A stretch of 64,000 bases of DNA from Eledone cirrhosa (lineage: Eukaryota). The notes beneath the pieces were generated by a model, which saw nothing but the letters and a program-made list of their open reading frames with translations, did not search any database and had not been told where the DNA came from. Positions within the stretch are counted from its first letter, which is position 1; the number at the start of each line of letters is the position of its first letter. The position numbers and the translations under genes were made by a program. The stretch is taken from the NCBI GenBank assembly GCA_964016885.1, contig CAXHJY010000944.1:9567-73566 (forward strand), given 5' to 3'. This document shows, piece by piece, positions 26,893-37,759 of this stretch.

Positions 26893-27038
26893 GGAAATAA
26901 ATCTGAAAAATTAATAAGCAGGGTGGGGGTGATTATTTGAGACCCGAGAGTACATGAGTTTATGTTTGAGTCAAGTTGAGAAGGTTAAAAGTTTCATCAA
27001 ACTTTGTTAACTATAGAAACATAGTTTAACCCTTTAGC

Positions 27039-27460
27039 ATTTACATTACTCTATATATACTATTGTATTTTCACAGTAAAGGCTTTACCTCACATAATAT
27101 CTCACATAACATTTACATTACTCTATATATACTATTGTATTTTCACAGTAAAGGCTTTACCTCACATAATATCTCACATAACATTTACATTACTCTATAT
27201 ATACTATTGTATTTTCATGGTAAAGGCTTTACCTCACATAATATCTCACATAACATTTACATTACTCTATATATACTATTGTATTTTCACAATAAAGGCT
27301 TTACCTCACATAATATCTCACATAACATTTACATTACTCTATATATACTATTGTATTTTCACAATAAAGGCTTTATCTCACATAACATTTACATTACTCT
27401 ATATATACTATTGTATTTTCACAGTAAAGGCTTTACCTCACATAATATCTCACATAACAT
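27039..27460. repeat. 72-bp minisatellite (~6 copies; ~1.7 more at 33089-33213)
   Basis: Unit ATTTACATTACTCTATATATACTATTGTATTTTCACAGTAAAGGCTTTACCTCACATAATATCTCACATAAC on both sides of the LINE. Confidence 0.93.
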
Positions 27461-27670
27461 CTCGTATACGAGAAACGTGTGTTGACGTGTGTGAACAAGC
27501 TCGGTTACCGAGTCGGATTTACTTACTCAAAAGTGAGTTTTGATTAATTTTTTTATACTGTAATATACGTTAACCCCTTGCCTTGGTCGTCAAACTTTGA
27601 GTTTATTTATTTTCGCCCCTTTTTGGGGCGAATTTTCCAGTTAAAAATTTATTACGGCAAAATAATAGAA

Positions 27671-29395
27671 ATGGACGGAATTTTCACATCTCATCCTAAC
27701 GTGAAAGCCACGCCCCCTAAGAAAGGTGATACAGAGAAGCGAGAAGCACAAGGCTCTAAGTCTTCCCTCCTCACTTCTGCAAAAGAAACATGGAACACGG
27801 AATTAAAAGAAAAATTTGTAAAAATTATTGAAAACCCAGAAAGTCACATAAACGCAGACAAAAACAACAACGACAATAACAGCAATAGTCACAACACCAA
27901 TCAAGGAAAAAATAACGATAACACCAAACAAAACGAACCCACTACTGGTGCCTCCTTTGCACAGGCGGTCCGGAAAACACAAACCTGCAAGCAACTGGAC
28001 ATTACAACTCTGAGAGAAAAGATGAAGGAAGCGAAACAGTATGTAACTTTCAAAGAAGGAGGAGACTTCACAATCACCTCCCCACAAGAAATCAAAAGAG
28101 ACACGACGCTAAGAACGATATCTTTCAGAACAATTTCCAACATAACAAGGAAACCAGCTCAATTATCCCAAAAAGAGATTGAGTTGGTCCTAAAAAATGC
28201 GTGGAGTGATATATCGTTCATACAAAAAGGGCCACTCTATGGGAATATGACGGTCCTAATGAAGGATCAATTGACGGCCAGGAAATACTCTGTGGCACCA
28301 ATTGTTTCCAAGCTACATACATTTTTCCCCACATATTTAGGGAAAAGAACGCAGAAAATAAGGGTCTCCGGAATCCGGCCAAATGCATGCATTTCCTGGG
28401 TACTAACAGGATTTTTAGAAGACGAGGACGGAATCCTCTCAGTAGGAGAAGTCACCACAGACGTTTTCGGCGGTTTGAGCGTGGAGGTTCTGGTCCAAAT
28501 GAGACCAGAACGAATAGCTAGAATACCACAGAGGGTGTCCCTCGATGGAGAAACATTTATATACATTTCAGCCGAGGGTAGGAGGCCCATATGTTACTAC
28601 TGTTCAAGCAGGGGTCATCTAAGGGCTGCTTGTCCGCAATTGACAAAAAAAAAGGCTCTTTTGCCTACACCCCACACACCACAACCGCCACCACCACCAC
28701 CACCACCACAACAACAACAAAAACAACACGGAAAAATAACACAAGACACGGCCCCACCCAAAACAACTCCCAAAACACACACAAATACAACAAAACCCCA
28801 AAATACACCACTACCCGACAGCACGGACGAGGACCCAGCTGAAACGGCACCTAGTGACGAAGAGGGGGAACCCTTCCAACCTGTAAAAAGGAAAAAAAGA
28901 AAGCACCACTCGAACATAAACGAAACAAACACACAACCACCAACAAAAACAAAACAAACAGAACAAACAAAATCCGCCCCACCCCAAAACATAACACATA
29001 CAACAAAACGTAAGCACACACAAGAACAACAAACAAACACAACACAAATAAAACAGTATACATACATTAACACAAATAACAAAGAACTCGTAAAAACAAT
29101 ACACAAAGACCCTTCGGTGGAAACTGAAGGGCAATTCTTTGCAAGCGCGGCCAACAAACCGCATTTAAAAATGATAAGACTCCCAATGGACACCTATGCA
29201 AAACTAAGAGAAAACTTTCCTGAGGACGTGGGGAAAACATGTACTCGACCCTATAACCGCGTCCTCTTGAAACGTTTCCCCACCCACACCTCACCAAACA
29301 CCCCCACTCCACCACAGAACAACACCCCACCAAACAACCCCTCCAATACGCCCATGGATATTGTGCAACCTGCTCCTCAGGAGCCGAACAGGTAG
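27671..29395 (+). CDS. LINE ORF1, gag-like nucleic-acid-binding protein with CCHC zinc knuckle
   Basis: First ATG (MDGIFTSHP) at 27671; the ORF track starts at an upstream TTG. CYYCSSRGHLRAAC = CX2CX4HX4C, plus SFAQAV motif and basic KRKKRK patch. Confidence 0.85.
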   Translation: MDGIFTSHPNVKATPPKKGDTEKREAQGSKSSLLTSAKETWNTELKEKFVKIIENPESHINADKNNNDNNSNSHNTNQGKNNDNTKQNEPTTGASFAQAVRKTQTCKQLDITTLREKMKEAKQYVTFKEGGDFTITSPQEIKRDTTLRTISFRTISNITRKPAQLSQKEIELVLKNAWSDISFIQKGPLYGNMTVLMKDQLTARKYSVAPIVSKLHTFFPTYLGKRTQKIRVSGIRPNACISWVLTGFLEDEDGILSVGEVTTDVFGGLSVEVLVQMRPERIARIPQRVSLDGETFIYISAEGRRPICYYCSSRGHLRAACPQLTKKKALLPTPHTPQPPPPPPPPQQQQKQHGKITQDTAPPKTTPKTHTNTTKPQNTPLPDSTDEDPAETAPSDEEGEPFQPVKRKKRKHHSNINETNTQPPTKTKQTEQTKSAPPQNITHTTKRKHTQEQQTNTTQIKQYTYINTNNKELVKTIHKDPSVETEGQFFASAANKPHLKMIRLPMDTYAKLRENFPEDVGKTCTRPYNRVLLKRFPTHTSPNTPTPPQNNTPPNNPSNTPMDIVQPAPQEPNR

Positions 29396-29416
29396 GTCCT
29401 TCCTCTTTTAACCAAC

Positions 29417-32400
29417 ATGGCTGATATAAGAGTTGGGTGTCTGAATGTACGCGGCCTGGGACTGTCTTGGAAACAAGGCAAACTTTTAAACGATCTCAGG
29501 TCGCATAGAATGGATGTAATGGCTATTTGCGAGTCCAGGATCAGCAGCGAGCACCAACTGGCGCCCCTCTTCGACGACTTTGAGATCTTCGCATCTCTCT
29601 GTCAACCGGGGGGGGGTGGAGTTGTCGTTCTGCTGCGAAAACACCTGGGCCTCGCCATACAGAAGGTGCACCTGGACCCGGAGGGTCGACTGGTGATTTT
29701 AGACGTCGGCAGTAGTGAAAGTGGAGCCCTTAGACTAATAGCTGTGTACGCCCCTTTTTGGGCAGCGCAGCCGGAATACTTCCAACGTCTGGAAACTTTT
29801 CTGGGAACGTCCGGCTCCTTGCTTTTAGTGGGGGACTGGAATGGTATCCTGGATGCACGTTGGGACTATGTAGGGGCATGTGCCAATAGAGGGGGGTGTA
29901 AAAGCCTCAAAAGGTTAATCGGCCGATTTGACCTGGCCGATAGATATCGACTAGATTTTCCGACTGTACCACTATGGACGTGGACCAATCGCAGCGGAAC
30001 ATCTAGGTCGTACCTAGATAGGGTCATAGTTAGAGAGAAGGATAGGGACACATTTAGCTGTCCAAAAATGTTCATGGTTGACTATTCGGATCACAAGTTA
30101 GTGACCTGCATAGCCAACCTTGATAGAACCCATAGACAGGGACCCGGTTACTGGAAGCTGAACTTGTCCTTACCGAGAAGCAAAGCTTACAGTAAACGGA
30201 TTAGCACGTTAGTTAAGCAGAGTTTGACAGGGGCAATTGTCAACAACAGGTGGTGGAGCTCTCTTAAGAGAGCAATTAGAATAGAATCGATAGGTTTTAG
30301 TCAGGAATTAGCAAGGGATAGGAACAAGACGGAAAGGGAATTAGTAGATAGAGTAGAAGAGGCGATTAGGAGTGGCAATGTAGCCGGCGTGCTGGCATCA
30401 AGAATGGCCTTAGACCAGTTCTTTAAGGTGAAGCATGAAGGCTGCGTTGTCAGGAGTAAAATACGTGCTCTGGGTAATGAGGGAGCCAAAGCTGTGAGCT
30501 GGGTCCGAGTGACAGAGGCAAAAAGTGGGAACAAGTCCACGATTCGGTCTTTAAAGGACCAGGATGGGCGTGTGATCCTTGAACCTGGGCAGATGTGTGC
30601 GGCCTTTCAGCGGCACTTTGCACGACTGTTCGAGAGGGGCGGCGCGCCGGGTGAGACTATGGATTTCAATCCATACCTCGACGGTCTGCCGCGCCTCTCG
30701 GACGCGGAGGCGAAGTCCTGCGAAAGGACGATTTCAGCTGCTGAGATAGGGGCGGCGCTGAGCCAATGCGGCAAACGCAAATCCCCGGGTCTCGATGGTC
30801 TACCATACGAGCTATATGTAGCGATGCCGGACTTGTTCTCCGATATCCTCGAAGCGGTCTACTGCAACTGGCAGCAGAACGGGAGAATTCCCAGTTCTGT
30901 GACCAAGGGCGTAGTTACGCTGGTGAGGAAGGATGAGAACAAGGGGGATGACATAAGTAACTTCAGGCCCATAACTCTGCTAAATACAGAGTTAAAGATT
31001 TTGGCCAAGGTGTTAGCGAAGAGGTTGGCGCTTGTCGTTGGAAACCTGGTGGGAGAAGCGCAGACATGCGCAATCCCGTCCAGGTCCATTCACGACAATC
31101 TCCACCTTATGCGATACATCATAGAGAGGGTAGGGAATGAACCCGGCTTTGGTGGGGCCCTGATCAACTTGGATCAATCTAAAGCTTTCGATAGGGTTGA
31201 CCATCGTTACCTGGATGCGGTGCTCGCGGCGGCAGGCTTCGGACCCGTATTCAGGGGTTGGATTGCTGCGATGTACAGCAGCAACGTCTGCTCAAGGGTC
31301 AAGGTGAACGGCCACCTCTCGGAGCCGTTCCAAATCATGCGATCCATCCGACAGGGATGCCCTCTCTCCTCCCTACTGTATGTGCTGGCTCTTGAGCCAC
31401 TACTGCGGAAGTTGGAGCGGTTGCAGGGCATCCCTTTGGAACCGGGATTGCAGAAAGCGGCGTCGGCCTACGCCGATGACGTGACAGTAATGGTGTCGAA
31501 AACCTCGCAAATCGGTGAGATCGGCACCTTACTGGAGGAATATGAAAGGTTTACAGGAGCCAAGCTGAACCGGGACAAGTCCGTCGGTTTGCAACTCGGA
31601 ACATGGAGAGGCAAACCGATGCCCTCCAACGACGTCGTCGGACGCTGGACGGAGGGCCCGGTGAAGCTGCTTGGGGTCTGGTTCGGACCAGACCTCCAGG
31701 TGGAGAAAAACTGGAACGAGGTAACGGCCAGGGTGTTTGCACTCACCCAGAAGTGGGCCCAGTGCAAACTATCCCTGAAAGGTCGAGCGGAGGTGGCGAA
31801 TACTTATATAGCATCCGTCATCTACTACCGCTTGACCGTCGTGCCTTGCCCAGTGAAAAGACTCGCCAAAATGGAGTGCGCGCTGCTCCAATTTCTTTGG
31901 AACAAGCGGACCCCTTTGGTGAGGAGATCCATCTGCTGTCAACACCCTTCGAAAGGAGGGCTGGGGATGCCGTGGCTACAGATGCGTAAACACGCATTAA
32001 GGCTACGGTACCTCCAGGTATTCCTCACCGGTCAACCGGTGTGGGCCCCGTTTGTGAGGCGAGCCTTTCCCAGACTCGTCTCGCTCACCGAGCTGCAATC
32101 CTGGGTCAAGCAAAGACCGAGAAAAGTGGGCGACTGGCACATTGAATGTGCCCAGGCGCTCACGGCCCTCTGGAAAGCGGACCCGGCAATCAGTGGAGAC
32201 TCCACCTCGACATTCTATAGAGGGTTGGTACGCAGCAGGTGCGACGATGCTCTCGGAGAAGCTCTAGGCATGGAGGAAGATGAACTGGCCAGTCTGTTCG
32301 GTAGGACGTTTGGCCCTGGACCGATGGACAACTTCCAAAAGTCCCTGGCTTGGCAGTGCTACCGAGGGGCTCTACCCGTTCGAGACAAGCTCCACAGGCA

Positions 32401-32851
32401 TGGGAGCCTGGGTAGGGATCCTTTGAATAAGATCTGTTCGAGATGCGTGCATGATGACGAAACCGTTGCGCACGCATTCGTACACTGCCCAGGCATTGCT
32501 GACCTGTGGGGCTATGTGGAACGACTACTGTCGAGGGTGGGACCAATCCGGTTGACCACCGAGTCCATTGTCACGATCAAACCGCCTCCCCCTTTCAAAA
32601 ACGAAGGAGAGGCGGTTTTTCTCTGTGTGATAGCCATGGCTAAAGAAGTTGTATGGTGGACGAGGCTGAAAGGGCTGAGGTCAGACACCTTTCTCTCCGG
32701 CCAACAACTGGTCCCCTTTTTCAAATACCATTTTAAAAGAAGGATCAGAATGGAGAGAGAGGTGCTCTACCCCAGCAAGTTTTATGAAAGGTGGGTGAAA
32801 GTAGGGAGAATGGCCAGAGTGAATGGGTCTTCTCTCTATATCAGCCTGTAG
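29417..32851 (+). CDS. LINE ORF2: APE endonuclease + reverse transcriptase + C-terminal zinc finger (Tx1-like)
   Basis: CLNVRGL, ICES, VGDWN, SYLDR, SDHK (EN). KSPGLDG, FRPITLLN, LDQSKAFDRV, QGCPLS, YADD (RT). CSRC...HAFVHC. 1144 aa with no interruption. Confidence 0.97.
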   Translation: MADIRVGCLNVRGLGLSWKQGKLLNDLRSHRMDVMAICESRISSEHQLAPLFDDFEIFASLCQPGGGGVVVLLRKHLGLAIQKVHLDPEGRLVILDVGSSESGALRLIAVYAPFWAAQPEYFQRLETFLGTSGSLLLVGDWNGILDARWDYVGACANRGGCKSLKRLIGRFDLADRYRLDFPTVPLWTWTNRSGTSRSYLDRVIVREKDRDTFSCPKMFMVDYSDHKLVTCIANLDRTHRQGPGYWKLNLSLPRSKAYSKRISTLVKQSLTGAIVNNRWWSSLKRAIRIESIGFSQELARDRNKTERELVDRVEEAIRSGNVAGVLASRMALDQFFKVKHEGCVVRSKIRALGNEGAKAVSWVRVTEAKSGNKSTIRSLKDQDGRVILEPGQMCAAFQRHFARLFERGGAPGETMDFNPYLDGLPRLSDAEAKSCERTISAAEIGAALSQCGKRKSPGLDGLPYELYVAMPDLFSDILEAVYCNWQQNGRIPSSVTKGVVTLVRKDENKGDDISNFRPITLLNTELKILAKVLAKRLALVVGNLVGEAQTCAIPSRSIHDNLHLMRYIIERVGNEPGFGGALINLDQSKAFDRVDHRYLDAVLAAAGFGPVFRGWIAAMYSSNVCSRVKVNGHLSEPFQIMRSIRQGCPLSSLLYVLALEPLLRKLERLQGIPLEPGLQKAASAYADDVTVMVSKTSQIGEIGTLLEEYERFTGAKLNRDKSVGLQLGTWRGKPMPSNDVVGRWTEGPVKLLGVWFGPDLQVEKNWNEVTARVFALTQKWAQCKLSLKGRAEVANTYIASVIYYRLTVVPCPVKRLAKMECALLQFLWNKRTPLVRRSICCQHPSKGGLGMPWLQMRKHALRLRYLQVFLTGQPVWAPFVRRAFPRLVSLTELQSWVKQRPRKVGDWHIECAQALTALWKADPAISGDSTSTFYRGLVRSRCDDALGEALGMEEDELASLFGRTFGPGPMDNFQKSLAWQCYRGALPVRDKLHRHGSLGRDPLNKICSRCVHDDETVAHAFVHCPGIADLWGYVERLLSRVGPIRLTTESIVTIKPPPPFKNEGEAVFLCVIAMAKEVVWWTRLKGLRSDTFLSGQQLVPFFKYHFKRRIRMEREVLYPSKFYERWVKVGRMARVNGSSLYISL

Positions 32852-33455
32852 GTGAAAGAAGAGGAAAAAGAGGAGATGAGGGAAGCACCTACTCTTTGTG
32901 CTCCTGAGGAGAAGGGTTGCACATTTTTTCCGGGGTGTGTGCGACCCATGTTAATGCCCCCTCCCTATTGAGGACTTCGTTTGTTGTTGTTATTTCATTG
33001 TTATATTTTTGTACTCGTTAATTATATGTAAACTTCCCCCCTTGTATCTGTCTCTACCTTTTGTGCCCTAGTGGCAAATAAAGAAACCACTCTATATATA
33101 CTATTGTATTTTCACAATAAAGGCTTTACCTCACATAATATCTCACATAACATTTACATTACTCTATATATACTATTGTATCTTCACAGTAAAGGCTTTA
33201 CCTCACATAATATCAAATCTATGAGATTTTGATATTATTTATTTTGAGAACTATACCCTAAAGTCGGTATGAAGGGTAAGTTATGACCAGTTTGAACAGA
33301 AAAAGATGAGAAAATTCTGGCCGGATATGGCCAGTTTCAATGCTAAAGGTTTAAACAATAAGGCATATAAACCCCCTTAACAGAAGAACTGGGCATCAAC
33401 CCCTATGGAAGACAAGTTTATCTCTATTGCTATATATTTATAGCTTTAAAATAAT

Positions 33456-33641
33456 TGTTTCTACTTTAGGCACAAGGCCAGCAATTACCCAGTACATTAC
33501 TGGTACTTTATTTTATCGATCCCGTAAGGATCAAAGGCAAAGTTAACCTCGACAGGATTTGAACTCAGACCGTAAAAGGACGTATCTATGCTAGAAAGCA
33601 TGGCATCCAACCCTCTACCGATACTGCCAATTCACTGCCCA
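33456..33641 (-). mobile_element. tRNA-derived SINE (family 2) with 18-bp target-site duplication
   Basis: TTATAGCTTTAAAATAAT at 33438-33455 and 33642-33659. Confidence 0.9.
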
Positions 33642-33976
33642 TTATAGCTTTAAAATAATGGAAGTAAATGTGATGGTAACTTAGGTATAATGATAACATT
33701 TTTGCCCATCATGTATGAAGGTGTGGGTTTAAGTCCTACAGGTACTAAGGGACCTTATATAATCAATTACTTAGACTATTTTTCTTTAGTTGAAAAAAAT
33801 TGATGAATCTTCTTTCTCATAGATTTCACATTTATATATATATAGTTAGGAAAGCAGAAAATTGCTTATTGTAATCCAGTTCGTAATACCAATGAAATAG
33901 TCGCAAATACCTGGATAAAATCCTTTTTTTAATGGTTACCTGTGTTTTCTCTTTTATTCTATATATATATATATAT

Positions 33977-34401
33977 TGGATGTGTAATAGTAATATACGT
34001 GAACGGCAAAGCATAAATGAACTAAGGGAGAAATTAGGAATAAGAGGGATCAGATGCTGTTTACTCGAGCGAAGACTACGTTGGTATGGTCACGTGATGC
34101 GCATGAAAGACGACAGCTGTATAAAAAAGTGCAGGGTGATCAAAATAGATGGAAGCTACGGAGTAGGCAGACCCAGAAAAACCTGGGACGACTTGATAAA
34201 TTCCGACCTCACACACTTACACCCCTCCAAGACAATGTCACTGGACCGAGATCTTTGGCGCTACACAGTAATACAGAAGACCCGCCTTGCCTAAGTACAA
34301 AGCGAAACCTAGAGTCAGTAGGCACCTCCTAACCAAAAATACACCCCCATCCCACTACCCCTACCCTTCCCCCATCAATTCTCGTCCAAACCCATGCAAG
34401 C
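33977..34401 (+). pseudogene. 3' fragment of RTE LINE (family A)
   Basis: ERRLRWYGHVMRM...GRPRKTW. Same family as 36853-37670 and 44290-44479. Confidence 0.9.
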
Positions 34402-35031
34402 GTGGAAGAAGTGGTGGATAGCTTCCGGTACCTAGGAGATCAGATTAGCATGGGAGGAGGGTGTTCCGAGGACATAGCATCTAGAATAAGGATGGGTTGG
34501 AAGAAGTTTAGGGAGCTGCTTCCTCTGTTGACGAAGAAGGGTTTCTCCCTGCGTACGAAAGGCCGGTTGTATGATGCCTGTGTGAGGAGCGCGATGCTGC
34601 ATGGTAGTGAGACATGGGCAGTAACTGCAGAGGACATGCGACGGCTGGAGAGAAATGAGGCAAGCATGCTCCGTTGGATGTGCAGTGTAAATGTGCGTGA
34701 ACGACCCAGCTTAAATGTGTTGAAAGAGAAACTGTGTCTGAGAGGGATAGAATGTAGTGTACGGGAGAGGAGACTGAGGTGGTATGGACATGTGATGCGC
34801 ATGGAGGATGACCGATGGGTGAAGAAGTGCCAGGAATTGCCAATTGAAGGAAGACGTGGTAGAGGTAGACCACGAAAAACATGGGCGGAGGTGGTGAGAA
34901 CAGACCTCAGATCATTGAAGCTCACGGTGGAGATGACGAGGGACCGTGACGAGTGGAGAGATGCTGTGCTGAATAAGACCCGTCCCACCCTTGCAAGCAG
35001 GGAAAAGCGGACGTAAAATGATGATGATGAT
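34402..35031 (+). pseudogene. 5'-truncated RTE LINE (family C) with (GAT)n tail
   Basis: VDSFRYLG...LHGSETW...RRLRWYGHVMRM...GRGRPRKTW. Stop at 35016, then ATGATGATG. Second copy at 63777-64000. Confidence 0.93.
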
Positions 35032-35143
35032 ATATATATATTTGTTCCTTTACAACTATTGGTTGATCACACATAAACATTTGTCATATATGTATACACT
35101 TACATATAAAAACATTTTCCTATGCCTATCACTATTACATATT

Positions 35144-35264
35144 TAACCCTTTAGTTACCAACCCAGCCAAAGTCAGCTCTGGTTCTATGAAATAAAACCA
35201 CCCATTTTAAAGGTTTCCAATTTAAATTAAAATTTCATTAGACATGTGGTCATAAAAGGGTTAA
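35144..35264 (+). mobile_element. Internally deleted piggyBac-like TTAA MITE, 1 head unit
   Basis: TTAA-CCCTTTAGTTACC ... CATAAAAGGG-TTAA. Confidence 0.75.
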
Positions 35265-36370
35265 ACATTTAGTAGTAAGAATTCTCAGGGGAGCTGGACA
35301 GCAGAAGTTCTTCAGAGAAGAAACCCCACTCAAGCAAGTGTTTTAACCCTTAACTTCTTACACCCCAAGGGGAGCCAGACAAGTTACTTAGTGATGAAAT
35401 AATTTAATATTTTCATAAATCCTTCAAAATTTTTCATTAATTAATTGAAATGGTGTATTCCATTAAAAATGTGGTCAGTAAAGGATTAAAACATTTAAAT
35501 CGTTTAATCATATCACACTCTTTCATCTTTAAAAGGAAGAACACATTGGATAATCTCGAGCTAGATATAGTATGTTTGATATAAACAAAGAAGATAAGAT
35601 GGAATTGCCACAGCTGGAATGTCTTTGATCAGAGATCTGCTGAATGAAAGTTAACCAAAGGATAGACAACAACAACAGCAACAACATCTATTCCTAGTCT
35701 TTATTTACACTTGATCTAAGAATCTTTATTCATAATGCAGGGTTTCAATGTTTATATTTACTTTGTTACAGTCCATTAGATGACACTAATAGTTTAGTAA
35801 ACCTAATTTATTCCAGTAATAACTCATCTTTAAAACATAGACATGTACAAAACATTGTTTGTTCTGCAGCACTTAAAAATGAACTTCAAAACCCAATTGT
35901 CGACAGGTGTCAACAAAGTGAATATCAACAACACCTCAGGTATTCCAGCTATGTTCTCAGACATTAACATCAACTAAAGCAACGCTATTTCAAGAGAGAA
36001 GCAATTACTTTACAAATTTGTTTGTTTGTTTTCACTGTTGTTTAAAAGCTTATTGGATTAACGGATTAGCAAGAGTAAGAAAGGCTGCCAGTTAGACACT
36101 TTAGATATATACGTGAGGAATTTGTTTTACCTGCTTATCCAGCTTTCCAACACTGTTCTCATATATTCCGAGATACACTACCAACACATAATCAAAGCCT
36201 TCGCTGAAGAAGAAGAAGAAGAAGAAGAAGATATATTTATGTCTCTGTTTTGTATTATTATTTTTTAAATATCTCAACAAATTTGGATTCAATAATTGCT
36301 CAACATTAAGATGGCAAATTTTCAGAAGTGTTAGAGTAACAAACAAAATGCCTTGCATTATTTATTCCAG

Positions 36371-36600
36371 CTGTGGTGGGTTAGCAGAATAGGTAGAGCA
36401 TCAGACACCATGCTTTGTGGCATTGAGTTACAGCCCTGGCCCTTTATATTCTCATTTCAAATCCTGCCAAGATTAGCTTTGCCTTTTATCCTAAGAGGGT
36501 CGATAATATAAAGTACCACTAATGTACTGGGGTTGATTTAATCAACTTTCTGCTCCCACCAAATTGTTGGCCTTGTGCCTAAATCAAAAACCATTATTTA
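36371..36600 (+). mobile_element. Diverged SINE (family 2)
   Basis: TTCAAATCCTGCCAAG...GCCTTTTATCC...GGGTCGATAA...AAGTACCA...TTGGCCTTGTGCCTAAA. Confidence 0.7.
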
Positions 36601-36852
36601 TCCCAGTTCTTTCTATTCTGAGTTCAAATCCTGCCAAACTCAGATTTGCTTTTCATCCTTTCTTTAATGTCTTTAAAGACTTGCTATGTGGTGACTGGGT
36701 GCTTTTTTGTTGTCACCAGCATGACCACTTTATTGGGTGGACTGGACATTTTTTGTCATGTCATCCTGTCATGTAACCCATAACCTAGAGTGGCTTTAAA
36801 GCCATGTTGTGTGGTGACCTTTAATAAAACAAATATATATATAATATATATA

Positions 36853-37670
36853 TCATCATCATCGTTTAATGTCTATCTTCCACGCTAGCATGGGTTTAAA
36901 CGGGAATTGTCCACGTGAGGCAAGATTGGTTGTCTTGCTCGTATAGGACTGTCTGGCAGGTTTTCTATGACTGGATGCCCTTCCTAACACCAACCACGTT
37001 TGTGTGGACTGGGAGGTTTTTACCGTGTTACCTACACGGCCACATTACAGCGTGGACTGTGTGTTTTTTTGTCGTGACACCTACACAACCACTTTAGTTT
37101 GGACTGGATATTGTGGTACCAACATAACTTTACAGAGAAAGGGGTGGTGTTGATGGGGGTAGGGGTAGTGGGATGTGGGTGTATTTTTGGTTAGGAGGTG
37201 CCTACTGACTGTAGGTTTCGCTTTGTACTCAGGCAAGGCAGGTCTTCTGTATTATTGCGTAGCGCCAAAGATCTCGGTCCAGTGACATTTTCTTGGAGGG
37301 GTGTAAGTGTGTGAGGTCGGAATTTATCAAGTCGTCCCAGGTTTTTCTGGGTCTGCTTACTCCATAGCTTCCATCTATTTTGATCGCCCTGCACTTTTTT
37401 ATACAGCTGTCGTCTTTCATGCGCATCACGTGACCATACCAACGTAGTCTTCTCTCGAGTAAACAGCATCTGATCCCTCTTATTCCTAATTTCTCACTTA
37501 GTTTATTTATGCTTTGCCATTCACTATTACTATTACACATCCAACGGAGCATGCAAGCTTCGTTCCTCCCCTGTCTGCGCAGATCCTCTGCACACAATGC
37601 CCATGTCTCACTGCCATGTAACATTGCTGTTTGTATGCAGGCAGCATACAGTCTGCTTTTCCAGTAACTA
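36853..37670 (-). pseudogene. 5'-truncated RTE LINE (family A) with long 3' UTR and (GAT)n tail
   Basis: ORF 37229-37678 has LHGSETW...RRLRWYGHV...RPRKTW. The 3' UTR continues to CATCATCATC at ~36855. Confidence 0.9.
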
Positions 37671-37695
37671 CACAGCATGCCTCTTTACCTGTATT

Positions 37696-37728
<33 letters not shown>

Positions 37729-37759
37729 AAATACAGGTAAAGAGGCATGCTGTGTAGTT
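37667..37759. other. Fold-back: ~30-bp inverted repeat around a (TA)n loop
   Basis: ACTACACAGCATGCCTCTTTACCTGTATTTAT ... ATAAATACAGGTAAAGAGGCATGCTGTGTAGT. Confidence 0.85.

Larger units (their letters stand above)
27461..33088 (+). mobile_element. Full-length Tx1/L1-clade non-LTR retrotransposon
   Basis: Two intact ORFs 21 bp apart. The 3' UTR ends AATAAAGAAAC. Boundaries are set by the interrupted minisatellite. Confidence 0.92.
27026..33354 (+). mobile_element. TTAA-flanked MITE containing a 72-bp minisatellite, split by the Tx1-like LINE
   Basis: TTAA-CCCTTTAGCATT (27026-27041) ... AATGCTAAAGGT-TTAA (33339-33354), a TIR with one mismatch. Confidence 0.7.

Noticed and set aside
27803-32724. 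Antisense and alternative-frame ORFs overlapping the LINE ORFs
   Set aside because: Shadow ORFs of biased coding sequence with no motifs.
32904-32947. CTGAGGA followed by a strong hairpin in the Tx1 3' UTR (also ~16144)
   Set aside because: Lacks GAAA and stem III. More likely a conserved 3' UTR stem-loop.
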